A stretch of DNA of 64,000 nt. Source: Candidatus Omnitrophota bacterium. Lineage in GTDB: Bacteria > Omnitrophota > Gorgyraeia > Gygaellales > Profunditerraquicolaceae. The notes under the pieces are model-generated. The model was not told where the DNA came from and did no database searches. It was given only the letters and a program-made list of their open reading frames with translations. The stretch is taken from the NCBI GenBank assembly GCA_043823435.1, contig JBDRAV010000016.1, forward strand, positions 1,122-65,121, read 5' to 3'. How positions within the stretch are numbered: position 1 is the first letter of the stretch; every line of letters starts with the position of its first letter. Position numbers and translations under genes: made by a program. Positions 33,721 through 43,161 of this stretch are shown piece by piece.

Positions 33721-34922
33721 AATATATAGTACTCGTGGGCGATGGTATGGCGGATTATCCTCTTAAAGAGCATAATAACCGTACGCCACTTGAGGTGGCG
33801 CGTACGCCGAACATGGACTTTATTGCCAAACACGGCAGGCTCGGCCGTGTCAAGACTATACCGAAGAATATGGCTCCTGCCTCGGACGTGGCGAATATTT
33901 CTATCATGGGTTACGACCCCGCTAAGTATTATACCGGAAGAGGTCCGTTAGAAGCGGCTAATCTAGGGGTAGAACTTGAAGACAGGGATGTCGCTTTTCG
34001 CTGTAACTTGGTTACGGCAGGAAGCGATACCATGATTGATTATAGCTCAGGACATATAAGTTCCGGTGAAGCCGCGATATTGATAAAATTCATCGATGAT
34101 AAGATAGGCTCGGACAGGATAAAATTCTATCCCGGAGTGAGCTACAGGCATCTTATGGTAGTCAAAAACGGCATGGATGAACGCCTGGAGGATCTGAGAT
34201 GTAGCCCACCTCATGATATCAGCGGGCAGAGCATTTCCAGGAACCTTCCTAAAGGAGATGGCGCGGGTATCATAATAAAACTGATGGAGGATTCGCGCAA
34301 GGCCTTGGAGAACCATGAGATAAATTTAGTAAGGATCGACCTAAAAGAGAATCCGGCGAATATGGTATGGTTGTGGGGCCAGGGCAGGAATTCAAGTATG
34401 CCTAAATTTAAAGAAAAATACGGTCTTACCGGCAGTGTCATATCGGCAGTGGATCTAATAAAGGGATTAGGGAAAATCGTAGGATTAGACGTAATAAAAG
34501 TCCCCGGCGCAACCGGATATTATGATACGGACTACGAAGGCAAGGCCAGGGCGGCGCTGAAATCCCTGGAGAAGAAAGATTTTGTTTTCCTGCACGTTGA
34601 GGCACCCGATGAAGCAAGCCACAACGGCGACTTGAGGGAGAAGATCACGGCCATAGAAAGGTTTGACCAGTTGGTTGTAGGCGTGATATTGGGATCTTTT
34701 AAGCGCAGCAAGAATTTCCGCATTTTAGTTTTACCTGACCACGCCACTCCCATTTCGCTTAAAACCCATACCTCTGACATCGTGCCATTCGGCATCTTTG
34801 GTAATGGGGTAGTCGGAAGAGGTTTTCTTAATTACAGCGAGAAGGAGTCAGGGAAGTCAGACCTTTATTTTGAGAATGGCTTTGAACTAATGGATTATTT
34901 TATCCGGGTTTCCGAGGACTAA
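33717..34922 (+). CDS. Cofactor-independent phosphoglycerate mutase family protein, archaeal ApgM type (the subgroup proposed as a non-orthologous homoserine kinase)
   Basis: 401 aa. MKYIVLVGDGMAD...HVEAPDEASHNGD...VLPDHATP metalloenzyme motifs. Embedded among hom, thrC and lysC. Confidence 0.8.
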   Translation: MKYIVLVGDGMADYPLKEHNNRTPLEVARTPNMDFIAKHGRLGRVKTIPKNMAPASDVANISIMGYDPAKYYTGRGPLEAANLGVELEDRDVAFRCNLVTAGSDTMIDYSSGHISSGEAAILIKFIDDKIGSDRIKFYPGVSYRHLMVVKNGMDERLEDLRCSPPHDISGQSISRNLPKGDGAGIIIKLMEDSRKALENHEINLVRIDLKENPANMVWLWGQGRNSSMPKFKEKYGLTGSVISAVDLIKGLGKIVGLDVIKVPGATGYYDTDYEGKARAALKSLEKKDFVFLHVEAPDEASHNGDLREKITAIERFDQLVVGVILGSFKRSKNFRILVLPDHATPISLKTHTSDIVPFGIFGNGVVGRGFLNYSEKESGKSDLYFENGFELMDYFIRVSED

Positions 34923-34935
34923 ACCCCAGAAACCC

Positions 34936-35098
34936 AGGGACGTCTTTATTACCAAAGCAAAGGGTGTCCCAGATTCAAAGCAAAGGCTGTCCCCTCTTAA
35001 TATGGGCACCCTTATGATTGACGCAAGAAACCACTTCCCCTGCCGGCAGGCAGTGATTGGGTCAGAGGACGTCCCCTGATTGATTTAAAGGCGTCCCT
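34936..35098 (+). repeat. AGGGAC...GTCCCT-bounded composite element, copy R2 (163 nt)
   Basis: AGGGACGTCTTTA (34936-34948), AAAGGGTGTCCC (34959-34970), AAAGGCTGTCCCC (34982-34994), GGGCACCCTT (35004-35013), CCCCTGCCGGCAGGCAG (35037-35053), GGACGTCCCC (35067-35076), AAAGGCGTCCCT (35087-35098). Colinear with R1. Confidence 0.8.
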
Positions 35099-35110
35099 AA
35101 GAAAAGGAAG

Positions 35111-36700
35111 ATGAATTCATTACTCATTGTTTTTATTGCAGCGGTATTGTTTTTTTGCGCATACAGGTTTTATGCCCGTAAGATAGAAACCCTATGGCAT
35201 ATTGACCCTCATAGGTCGACCCCGGCATATTCTAAATACGACAGCGTAGATTATGTCCCGGCGAAAAACTGGCTGGTATTGTTCGGGCATCATTTTGCTT
35301 CTATATCCGGAGCGGGCCCCATACTCGGGCCGGTTATGGCAGTAATGTTGTGGGGGTGGCTCCCTGCGTTATTATGGGTCATATTAGGCACGATTTTTAT
35401 CGGGGGAGTACATGATTTTGGTTCCTTGATAACTTCCGTTAGGGAAGGAGGGTCATCCGTAGCCGATATCGCCCAGCATGTTATATCTAGGCGAGCCAAA
35501 ATCCTGTTTGCCCTCTTTGTCTGGCTGGCATTGATCCTGATCATAGCGGTTTTTGCTTATCTATGTGCACAGACATTTATAAAGGAACCCAGGGTGGTCC
35601 TGCCGTCATTAGGTCTTATACCGGTAGCAATGCTGGTGGGATATTTCCTCTATAATTTAAGGATAAATTCTGTAGCGGTGACAATCCTCGGCCTTATTTG
35701 TCTTATGGGGTTGATGTTCCTGGGGAATTTCTGGTCTTTGAACATGGGCTTTAAGACATGGCTCCTGCTTTTATTTGCATACTGTTATTTTGCTTCGATC
35801 ATGCCGGTGAACATGCTCCTGCAGCCGCGGGATTATCTCTCTAGCTTCTTGTTATTTTTCGGGGCAGGGGTAGGGTATTTAGGCTTATTATTGTCGCGCC
35901 CCGTAATAAATATGCCTTACTATAGTAAATGGAGCACAAGCGAAGGTTATCTGTGGCCGGCTTTATTTGTTACCGTAGCCTGCGGAGCAGTCTCGGGGTT
36001 TCATTCGTTGATTGCAAGCGGCACCTCATCCAAACAGATTTCCAATGAGCGTTATGCCAAAAGGATCGGTTATGGCGGGATGATCACGGAAGCGGTTGTA
36101 GCGATATTGGCGATAATTTCAGCTGCTGTCCTTTTTAATAGCACAGACGGACAAGGCATGCTGCTTAAAAATCTTACACCTATAGAGATATTCGGGAGAG
36201 GATACGGAGTGATTACGCGGGGTATCCTGGGAGGTTACGGGCAATTAATCGCCATAACCATATTGAATGCTTTTATACTCACGACTCTTGATACCGCGAC
36301 CAGGATATCGCGTTATTTGACCGAAGAACTCTTTGGCCTGAAGAACAGGCATATTTCTACTGGGCTGGTAGTGATCTTCGCGGCAGCTTTAGCATTCAGC
36401 GGCAAGTGGACTAAGATATGGATTACATTCGGCGCTTCTAATCAGCTGGTAGCGGCGCTGGCATTATTCGTTTTAAGTTGTTGGCTTTTATCCAAGAAAA
36501 AACCTGCAAAGTTTACCTTGATCCCGGCTTTCTTTATGCTGATTACTACCGTAGCCGCCCTCTTGTTGCAGGCATCCAGGTATTTAGTTAAAAAGGAGAT
36601 CGTACTTTTTATGGTAGTTATCGTTCTTATTCTGTTGACGGGATTTATGTTCCAGGAAGTTATGCGGGCTATATTTGTCAGGAGAAGAAAACATGCATAA
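35111..36700 (+). CDS. cstA: Carbon starvation protein A family transporter
   Basis: 529 aa polytopic membrane protein. LFGHHFASISGAGPILGP and GGVHDF motifs typical of CstA. Confidence 0.9.
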   Translation: MNSLLIVFIAAVLFFCAYRFYARKIETLWHIDPHRSTPAYSKYDSVDYVPAKNWLVLFGHHFASISGAGPILGPVMAVMLWGWLPALLWVILGTIFIGGVHDFGSLITSVREGGSSVADIAQHVISRRAKILFALFVWLALILIIAVFAYLCAQTFIKEPRVVLPSLGLIPVAMLVGYFLYNLRINSVAVTILGLICLMGLMFLGNFWSLNMGFKTWLLLLFAYCYFASIMPVNMLLQPRDYLSSFLLFFGAGVGYLGLLLSRPVINMPYYSKWSTSEGYLWPALFVTVACGAVSGFHSLIASGTSSKQISNERYAKRIGYGGMITEAVVAILAIISAAVLFNSTDGQGMLLKNLTPIEIFGRGYGVITRGILGGYGQLIAITILNAFILTTLDTATRISRYLTEELFGLKNRHISTGLVVIFAAALAFSGKWTKIWITFGASNQLVAALALFVLSCWLLSKKKPAKFTLIPAFFMLITTVAALLLQASRYLVKKEIVLFMVVIVLILLTGFMFQEVMRAIFVRRRKHA

Positions 36701-37913
36701 GGCGTTAATAGTTCAGAAATTCGGCGGTACCTCCGTAGCTAATGTGGAACGGATACGCAAGGTTGCCCGTCGCGTAGTAAGTTGTCGTAAAAAAGGCTAT
36801 GACCTGGTAGTGGTGGTTTCCGCTTTGGGGGATACTACTGACGAGTTAATTGATTTAGCAAGTAAGATTACCTTTGATCCGTCAGAGCGAGAAATGGATA
36901 TGCTCCTGTCGACCGGAGAGCAGATTTCCGTAGCGCTTCTGGCTATGGCGATACATAAATTAGGATTTGAAGCTATATCCTTTACTGGAGCGCAAGTCGG
37001 GATTATTACCGATACCAGTCATACCCGTGCTCGGATTATAAAAATCAATGCCGAAAAAATAAAAGAAGAGTTAAGACGCGGCAAGATCGTCATTGTGGCG
37101 GGCTTTCAGGGAGTAGCCCTGAATCAGGATATCACTACATTGGGCAGGGGTGGTTCGGATTTGACCGCTGTCGCCCTGGCAAAGGAGCTCTCGGCGCGCG
37201 AATGCGAGATTTATACCGATGTGGAAGGGATATATACTGCTGATCCACGCATAGAGCCGAAGGCCAGGAAAATTAAAGCCATTACCTATGACGAGATGCT
37301 GGAGATGGCTTCATTGGGTGCCCAGGTGATGCAGGCGCGCTCTATTGAAGTGGCAAAAAAGTTCAATGTAGATATACATGTGCGCTCCAGTTTCAATGAC
37401 GAGGTCGGAACAATGATTACCAAGGAGGTCAAGAGAATGGAAGACGTGGTTGTAAACGGCGTAACCCTGAACAAAAATGAGGCCAAGATTACGGTTTGTA
37501 ATGTCCCTGACCGCCCGGGTATAGCGGCAAAGATATTCAAGCAGTTAGCCGATAAAGGGGTAAGCGTAGATATGATAGTCCAGAATGTTAGCCATACCCG
37601 CCAGACGGATATATCTTTTACCATAAACAAAGCAGATGTGTACAAGACTCTGAAGATTGCTAAGAAAGTGGCTATGGGTATAGGGGCAGGGCAAGTATTG
37701 CAGGATAATGATGTTGCGCGGGTTTCTATAGTCGGTGTAGGAATGAAGTCTCATCCGGGTGTCGCAGCTACCATGTTCGATTCTTTAGCGGATAATAAGA
37801 TCAACATCGAAATGATTTCTACCTCGGAAATCAGCATTTCGTGTATTATAAAAAAGAGGTTTGCCGAGAAAGCGGTCAAGGCGTTGCACGACAAATTCGG
37901 CTTATCTAAATAA
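36693..37913 (+). CDS. lysC: Aspartate kinase (with ACT domains)
   Basis: About 406 aa from ATG 36693 (GGAGAAG at 36681-36687; overlaps the cstA stop by 8 nt). VQKFGGTSV, VVVSALGDTTDEL, GRGGSDLTA motifs. Confidence 0.94.
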   Translation: MHKALIVQKFGGTSVANVERIRKVARRVVSCRKKGYDLVVVVSALGDTTDELIDLASKITFDPSEREMDMLLSTGEQISVALLAMAIHKLGFEAISFTGAQVGIITDTSHTRARIIKINAEKIKEELRRGKIVIVAGFQGVALNQDITTLGRGGSDLTAVALAKELSARECEIYTDVEGIYTADPRIEPKARKIKAITYDEMLEMASLGAQVMQARSIEVAKKFNVDIHVRSSFNDEVGTMITKEVKRMEDVVVNGVTLNKNEAKITVCNVPDRPGIAAKIFKQLADKGVSVDMIVQNVSHTRQTDISFTINKADVYKTLKIAKKVAMGIGAGQVLQDNDVARVSIVGVGMKSHPGVAATMFDSLADNKINIEMISTSEISISCIIKKRFAEKAVKALHDKFGLSK

Positions 37914-37971
37914 GGGACACTTCTTGACCCAATCAAGGGACACTTCTCCGGCCAATCGGAGAAGTGTCCCC
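37913..37971 (+). repeat. AGGGACACTTCT-type element (59 nt) with a perfect 13-bp hairpin
   Basis: GGGACACTTCT at 37914 and again at 37937 (23 nt apart). GGGACACTTCTCC (37937-37949), loop GGCCAATC, GGAGAAGTGTCCC (37958-37970). The first A is the last base of the lysC TAA stop. Confidence 0.85.
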
Positions 37972-37991
37972 AAAAGACGAAAGAAGGCAAA

Positions 37992-39560
37992 ATGTCTAAA
38001 GTAAAACTATACGATACTACTCTACGCGATGGCTCACAGGGCGAAGGTATCTCTTATTCGGTTATGGATAAGATAAATATCGCCCGGGAATTAGATAATT
38101 TAGGCATCCATTATATTGAAGGCGGGTGGCCGGGCTCTAATCCTAAAGATATGGAATTTTATTTAAAGATGGATAGGGAACGCCTGAAGAACAGCCAGCT
38201 TGTTGCTTTCGGATCTACGCGTAAAGCCAACACTAAAGCGGAGAAAGACCACAATCTTAAGGCCATTTTGAAATGTAAGAGTAAAGTCATTACTATTTTT
38301 GGAAAAACCTGGGACCTGCACGTCAGAGATGTTTTAAAGACTACCCTTGATGAAAATCTAAGTATGATCAGTGATACGGTCAATTTCCTTGCCGCGCGGG
38401 GCCTTAGCGTATTTTATGATGCCGAGCATTTCTTCGATGCCTACAATGCCAACCGCGAATACAGTTTAAGGTGTCTGTCAGTCGCGCAAGAAGCCGGAGC
38501 TAAGGCGATAATCTTATGCGATACGAACGGCGGAACCATCACCTCGGAAATAGTAAAAGTCATTAGCGATATCCGGCCCAAGATAAAAGTATGGTTGGGT
38601 ATACATTGCCATAACGATGCTGGTTTAGCCGTGGCAAACTCCATAGCAGCGGTTGAAGCGGGCGTCGATATGATCCATGGCACGATCAATGGTTATGGCG
38701 AACGTTGCGGCAATGCGGATTTAATCCCTATTATCGCAAACCTTAAGTTAAAGATGGGGGTTGATTGTATCAGTTCTGAGAAACTGAAAGACCTGACCCA
38801 TATCTCGCATTTCGTAAGCGAAATAAGCAATATGAAGCAGAGGGGCGATCAGCCCTATGCCGGGTCTTCTGCTTTCGCGCATAAGGGCGGGGTGCACATT
38901 AACGCAGTAATGAAGAACCCAAAAACATACGAGCACATTGACCCGGAGCTAGTAGGAAATCGACGCAGGATCTTAGTATCCGAACTGGCAGGCAAGACCG
39001 GGGTATTGATCCGCGCCAAAGACCTGGAGATTGATTTAAGCAAGGAAGACCCTAAGACAAAAAGGATTCTGAAACTCGTGCAGGCATTAGAACATAAGGG
39101 CTATCACTTTGAGGCAGCAGAGGCCTCTTTCGAGCTGCTGATGAAGAGGGCGCTTAAGAAATACAAGAGGTTCTTTGAGCTGGAGGGTTTCAAGGTGGTT
39201 ATAGAGAAGCGGTCTGATAAAAAGATCATGTCAGAAGCGGTCATTAAATTAAAGGTAAAAGGCATAAAGGAGCATACTGCCGCAGAAGGGGACGGCCCGG
39301 TGAACGCCCTGGATAATGCTGTGCGTAAAGCCCTTAAGGATTTTTACCCGTCGCTCTCAAAGATGCATCTTTCCGATTTCAAGGTGCGCGTGCTGGATGA
39401 AAAAGCAGGTACAGCCGCAAAGGTCCGGGTCCTTATTCAGTCGCAGGACCAGGAAGACACCTGGAGCACGATCGGCGTCTCGGAGAATATTATTGAAGCA
39501 AGCTGGCAGGCCTTAGTCGATAGTATAGAGTATAAACTTATAAAAGATAAAGTCAGTTAG
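37992..39560 (+). CDS. cimA: Citramalate synthase (2-isopropylmalate/homocitrate synthase family, long form with C-terminal regulatory domain)
   Basis: 522 aa. LYDTTLRDGSQGEGISYSV...HCHND...the N-terminal pattern matches the CimA subgroup rather than LeuA. The subgroup call is from memory of family patterns. Confidence 0.8.
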   Translation: MSKVKLYDTTLRDGSQGEGISYSVMDKINIARELDNLGIHYIEGGWPGSNPKDMEFYLKMDRERLKNSQLVAFGSTRKANTKAEKDHNLKAILKCKSKVITIFGKTWDLHVRDVLKTTLDENLSMISDTVNFLAARGLSVFYDAEHFFDAYNANREYSLRCLSVAQEAGAKAIILCDTNGGTITSEIVKVISDIRPKIKVWLGIHCHNDAGLAVANSIAAVEAGVDMIHGTINGYGERCGNADLIPIIANLKLKMGVDCISSEKLKDLTHISHFVSEISNMKQRGDQPYAGSSAFAHKGGVHINAVMKNPKTYEHIDPELVGNRRRILVSELAGKTGVLIRAKDLEIDLSKEDPKTKRILKLVQALEHKGYHFEAAEASFELLMKRALKKYKRFFELEGFKVVIEKRSDKKIMSEAVIKLKVKGIKEHTAAEGDGPVNALDNAVRKALKDFYPSLSKMHLSDFKVRVLDEKAGTAAKVRVLIQSQDQEDTWSTIGVSENIIEASWQALVDSIEYKLIKDKVS

Positions 39561-39571
39561 ATCATTTTATA

Positions 39572-42289
39572 ATGAATGATATCCCGACCCGCTATAACTC
39601 CAAAGATACCGAAGATAAATGGTATAAATTCTGGGAAGAGAATAATCTATTTTCCGCAAAAGTAGACCCTTCTAAAAAGCCTTTTTGCATCGTTATCCCT
39701 CCTCCGAACGTAACCGGAATACTGCATATGGGACATGCCCTGAACAACACGATTCAGGATATCCTTATTAGGTATCACCGTATGAAAGGGGAGGAATCTC
39801 TCTGGATGCCGGGTACCGACCACGCCGGTATAGCGACCCAGAATGTGGTAGAGAAATCTATCGCCAAGGAAGGTTTAAAACGCCAGAACCTGGGGAGAGG
39901 AAAGTTCATTGAAAAAGTCTGGTGGTGGAAGGAGGAATACGGCTCCACCATTATCCGTCAGTTAAAGAAGTTGGGCGCTTCCTGTGACTGGCAGAGGACG
40001 CGCTTTACGATGGATGCAGAGTATTCCGAATCCGTGACAGAGGTGTTCGTCAGGCTTTATGAAAGAGGCCTTATCTACAGGGGAAGCTATATTATTAACT
40101 GGTGCCCGCGCTGCCAGACGGCCTTAGCGGATGAAGAAGCTCCACATCACGAATTGCAGGGTAATCTGTATTATTTGCGCTATCCTGTAAAAGGTCGGCT
40201 CCCCGAAGAAGCAGACTTTTATATCGTCGTAGCTACTACCCGCCCGGAAACTATGTTAGGCGATACTGCGGTTGCGGTCAATCCCAAAGACAAAAGGTAC
40301 AAGAAGCTTATTGGTAAGACCATCATTCTGCCTTTAGTCAACAGAGAGATAAAGATAATTTCCGATAGTATGGTAGATATGAAATTCGGCACCGGAGCGG
40401 TAAAGGTAACCCCGGCGCATGACCCTAACGACTACGCGTTAGGCAGAAAGCACAAACTGGAATTTGTGAATATTATGCGCCCGGACGGATGCCTGAATGA
40501 AAATTCCGGGGATTACAGCGGCATGGACAGGTTTGAGGCAAGGGAGGTCGTGCTTGAAGACCTAAAAGACAAGGGTTTATTGGAAAAAGTAGAACCGCAT
40601 GGTTTATCCGCGGGGCACTGTTACCGTTGCCATACTATTATTGAGCCGTATTTATCCGAGCAGTGGTTTATAAAGATGAAGCCGTTGGCTAGGCCGGCAA
40701 TAGAGGCAGTTAAGAAAGGCAGGATCAAATTCCACCCGAAACGCTGGACAAAGGTCTATCTTAACTGGATGGAGAATATTCAGGATTGGTGCATCTCCCG
40801 CCAGATATGGTGGGGGCATCGCATCCCTGTATATTATTGTAATAATTGTCACAAGAAGGGTCAGACCCCTTCGGGGACAGATCCTAACAAGAGTAGGGTT
40901 ATTGTTTCTAAAATTAAACCGGAAAAATGCCCTCGCTGCGGCTCAAACGATATCTATCAGGATGAAGACGTATTGGATACCTGGTTTTCCTCGTGGCTGT
41001 GGCCGTTTGCGACTTTCTATTGGCCAGCACAGCAGGGTCAGTCCCCTTCGGGGACAGACCCTGACAAGGACCTGAAATATTTCTACCCAACTTCAGTTTT
41101 AGTAACTGCCCCAGAGATAATCTTCTTCTGGGTCGCCCGCATGATCATGGCAGGGCTTGAATTTATGCACGATATTCCTTTTAAAGATGTCTATATCCAC
41201 GGCACCGTGCGTGATATCGAAGGCAAGAAGATGTCCAAGTCCTTAGGCAATATAATCGACCCCCTTGATATTATAAACGAATACGGGGCGGATGCGCTGC
41301 GTTTCAGCCTGATCTCCATAACCGCACAGGGTCAGGACGTATTCCTATCACAAGAGAGATTCGAACAGGGCAGGAACTTTGCGAATAAGATCTGGAATGC
41401 TTCAAGATTTGTTTTGATGAATCTGGAACCTTCCAATATAAACACGGACCTGTGTGTATTCTTCAAGAATGAGGACCTGGATATAGTCAACCGCTGGATA
41501 TTGAGCAGATTTTATTCGACCCTGAAGGAGGTCGGGAAGAAGCTCGATCTTTATAAATTCAACGAAGCGGCAAATATACTTTATGGGTTCTTCTGGCATG
41601 AGTTTTGCGATTGGTATCTGGAGGTAATCAAGCCCGACATAAAGAAGAAACACAATCAGGTTGTAATGTATAAGGTCCTGGAGAAGTTTTTGAGGATATC
41701 GCACCCCTTTATGCCTTTTGTAACCGAAGAGCTCTGGCACAAGCTTGACGAGAATAAAGGCTCTATCATGCTGGAACCGTGGCCGCATCTGCAGGAGGAT
41801 TTGATCGATAAAAAAGCAGAGTCAAAGATGGCCGGCATCTTTGAGGCGATCTCTACTATCAGAATGATGCGTTCGGAATTAAAGATACCTCCTCAAAACA
41901 GGATCAATGCAGAGATATTCGTAAAGAACAAAGCGAGGAAAGACCTGATTTTATCCATGGAGCCGCTTATTATGGGCATGTCCAGGCTTGAATCGTTGAT
42001 CATCAAGCAAGACTATGCTCCCCTTAAAACCCAGTACGTAAGAATATTGAAGGAGATGACAATAGTCATTCCGCTTTCGGGCATAATAGACGCCGATAAA
42101 CTGAAGAAAGACAAAGAAGACGAGATAAAGAAGACGGAATCAGAGATAAAAGCCAAGAAAAATATCCTTTCTAACGAGAACTTTGTAAAGAAAGCTCCCA
42201 GGGAGGTAGTAGAGAATGAAGAATTAAGGCTGCAAGAACTCAATAAAACGTTAATAGAACTGAAAGGAATCAGAGATGGTCTCAAATAA
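39572..42289 (+). CDS. valS: Valine-tRNA ligase
   Basis: 905 aa. HMGH (HIGH variant), KMSKS, QDEDVLDTWFSS, C-terminal coiled coil. Carries two in-frame 39-nt repeat insertions. Confidence 0.97.
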   Translation: MNDIPTRYNSKDTEDKWYKFWEENNLFSAKVDPSKKPFCIVIPPPNVTGILHMGHALNNTIQDILIRYHRMKGEESLWMPGTDHAGIATQNVVEKSIAKEGLKRQNLGRGKFIEKVWWWKEEYGSTIIRQLKKLGASCDWQRTRFTMDAEYSESVTEVFVRLYERGLIYRGSYIINWCPRCQTALADEEAPHHELQGNLYYLRYPVKGRLPEEADFYIVVATTRPETMLGDTAVAVNPKDKRYKKLIGKTIILPLVNREIKIISDSMVDMKFGTGAVKVTPAHDPNDYALGRKHKLEFVNIMRPDGCLNENSGDYSGMDRFEAREVVLEDLKDKGLLEKVEPHGLSAGHCYRCHTIIEPYLSEQWFIKMKPLARPAIEAVKKGRIKFHPKRWTKVYLNWMENIQDWCISRQIWWGHRIPVYYCNNCHKKGQTPSGTDPNKSRVIVSKIKPEKCPRCGSNDIYQDEDVLDTWFSSWLWPFATFYWPAQQGQSPSGTDPDKDLKYFYPTSVLVTAPEIIFFWVARMIMAGLEFMHDIPFKDVYIHGTVRDIEGKKMSKSLGNIIDPLDIINEYGADALRFSLISITAQGQDVFLSQERFEQGRNFANKIWNASRFVLMNLEPSNINTDLCVFFKNEDLDIVNRWILSRFYSTLKEVGKKLDLYKFNEAANILYGFFWHEFCDWYLEVIKPDIKKKHNQVVMYKVLEKFLRISHPFMPFVTEELWHKLDENKGSIMLEPWPHLQEDLIDKKAESKMAGIFEAISTIRMMRSELKIPPQNRINAEIFVKNKARKDLILSMEPLIMGMSRLESLIIKQDYAPLKTQYVRILKEMTIVIPLSGIIDADKLKKDKEDEIKKTESEIKAKKNILSNENFVKKAPREVVENEELRLQELNKTLIELKGIRDGLK
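40853..40891 (+). repeat. In-frame 39-nt hairpin-forming repeat in valS, copy 1 (KKGQTPSGTDPNK)
   Basis: AAGAAGGGTCAGACCCCTTCGGGGACAGATCCTAACAAG. The palindromic core is at 40858-40884. Confidence 0.85.
41030..41068 (+). repeat. In-frame 39-nt hairpin-forming repeat in valS, copy 2 (QQGQSPSGTDPDK)
   Basis: CAGCAGGGTCAGTCCCCTTCGGGGACAGACCCTGACAAG. The core at 41035-41061 is a 27-nt palindrome with one mismatch (12-bp stem, loop TTC). It starts exactly 177 nt (59 codons) after copy 1. Confidence 0.88.
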
Positions 42290-43157
42290 AAATTTCTCTT
42301 TAAGGTCGAATCCGGAGCTTGATCCGGCAAAATTGGATACTATTATTCGGCGTGCTTTAATAGAAGATATCGGAAAAGGAGATATAACAACGCAGCTTAC
42401 CATACCCAAAGATAAAAAGATCTACGCGGAATTAGCGGTAAAAGAGGATTGCATAATCTGTGGCTTGAAGGTCGCGGAGAGGGTTTTTAGCATAAGCGAT
42501 AAAAATATAATTTTTAATCCATTAGCCAGGGAGGGGTATCCTGTTAAAAAAGGCAGGGCTGTTGCCAGAATAGAAGGGTCAGCCGGCAGCATCCTGACCG
42601 CGGAGAGGGTTGCGCTTAATTTATTGAGTATGCTTTCCGGGATAGCCACAAAGACCAGGGAATATGTAAAACATATAGAGCCTTATAAGACAAAGGTCAC
42701 TGATACCCGTAAAACTATGCCGGGTTTAAGGGAATTGCAGAAGTATGCTGTCAGGATAGGCGGAGGGCACAACCACAGGATGGGGTTAGATGAGATGGTC
42801 CTGATTAAGGATAACCATATTAAAGTTACTGAAGGCTATACCAAGCTGCCCAGCGTTCCTAAGGGTTTTAAGATTGAGATAGAAACGCAGAACCTCGAGG
42901 AATTCAGGCATGCCCTCAGGTTTAAGCCGGATGTGATCATGCTGGACAATATGGGTTTAAAAGATATAAAACAGGCAGTAAAGATCAGGAATAACACTAA
43001 ATTTACCAGCCACCATCCGCCTACCAAATTAGAGGCTTCGGGAGGGATAGATATCAAGAATGTGAGGAAGATCGCTGCTGCAGGCGTAGATATGATCTCT
43101 ATCGGAGAATTGACCCATTCTTTCGCTTCGGTTGATATAAGTTTAGAGATATTATAA
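42276..43157 (+). CDS. nadC: Nicotinate-nucleotide pyrophosphorylase (quinolinate phosphoribosyltransferase)
   Basis: 293 aa. [18 protein letters not shown] motifs. Confidence 0.93.
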   Translation: MVSNKNFSLRSNPELDPAKLDTIIRRALIEDIGKGDITTQLTIPKDKKIYAELAVKEDCIICGLKVAERVFSISDKNIIFNPLAREGYPVKKGRAVARIEGSAGSILTAERVALNLLSMLSGIATKTREYVKHIEPYKTKVTDTRKTMPGLRELQKYAVRIGGGHNHRMGLDEMVLIKDNHIKVTEGYTKLPSVPKGFKIEIETQNLEEFRHALRFKPDVIMLDNMGLKDIKQAVKIRNNTKFTSHHPPTKLEASGGIDIKNVRKIAAAGVDMISIGELTHSFASVDISLEIL

Positions 43158-43161
43158 TTTA

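Noticed and set aside
34923-35110. A c-di-AMP (ydaO-type) riboswitch upstream of the cstA transporter
   Set aside because: The conserved ydaO sequence blocks were not found. The region is a copy of the repeat element.
40853-41068. The two valS 39-nt copies considered as a template/variable repeat pair of a diversity-generating retroelement
   Set aside because: The five differences are not adenine-specific (A/C, A/C, A/T, T/C, A/G). No reverse transcriptase gene is nearby. The units are too short.
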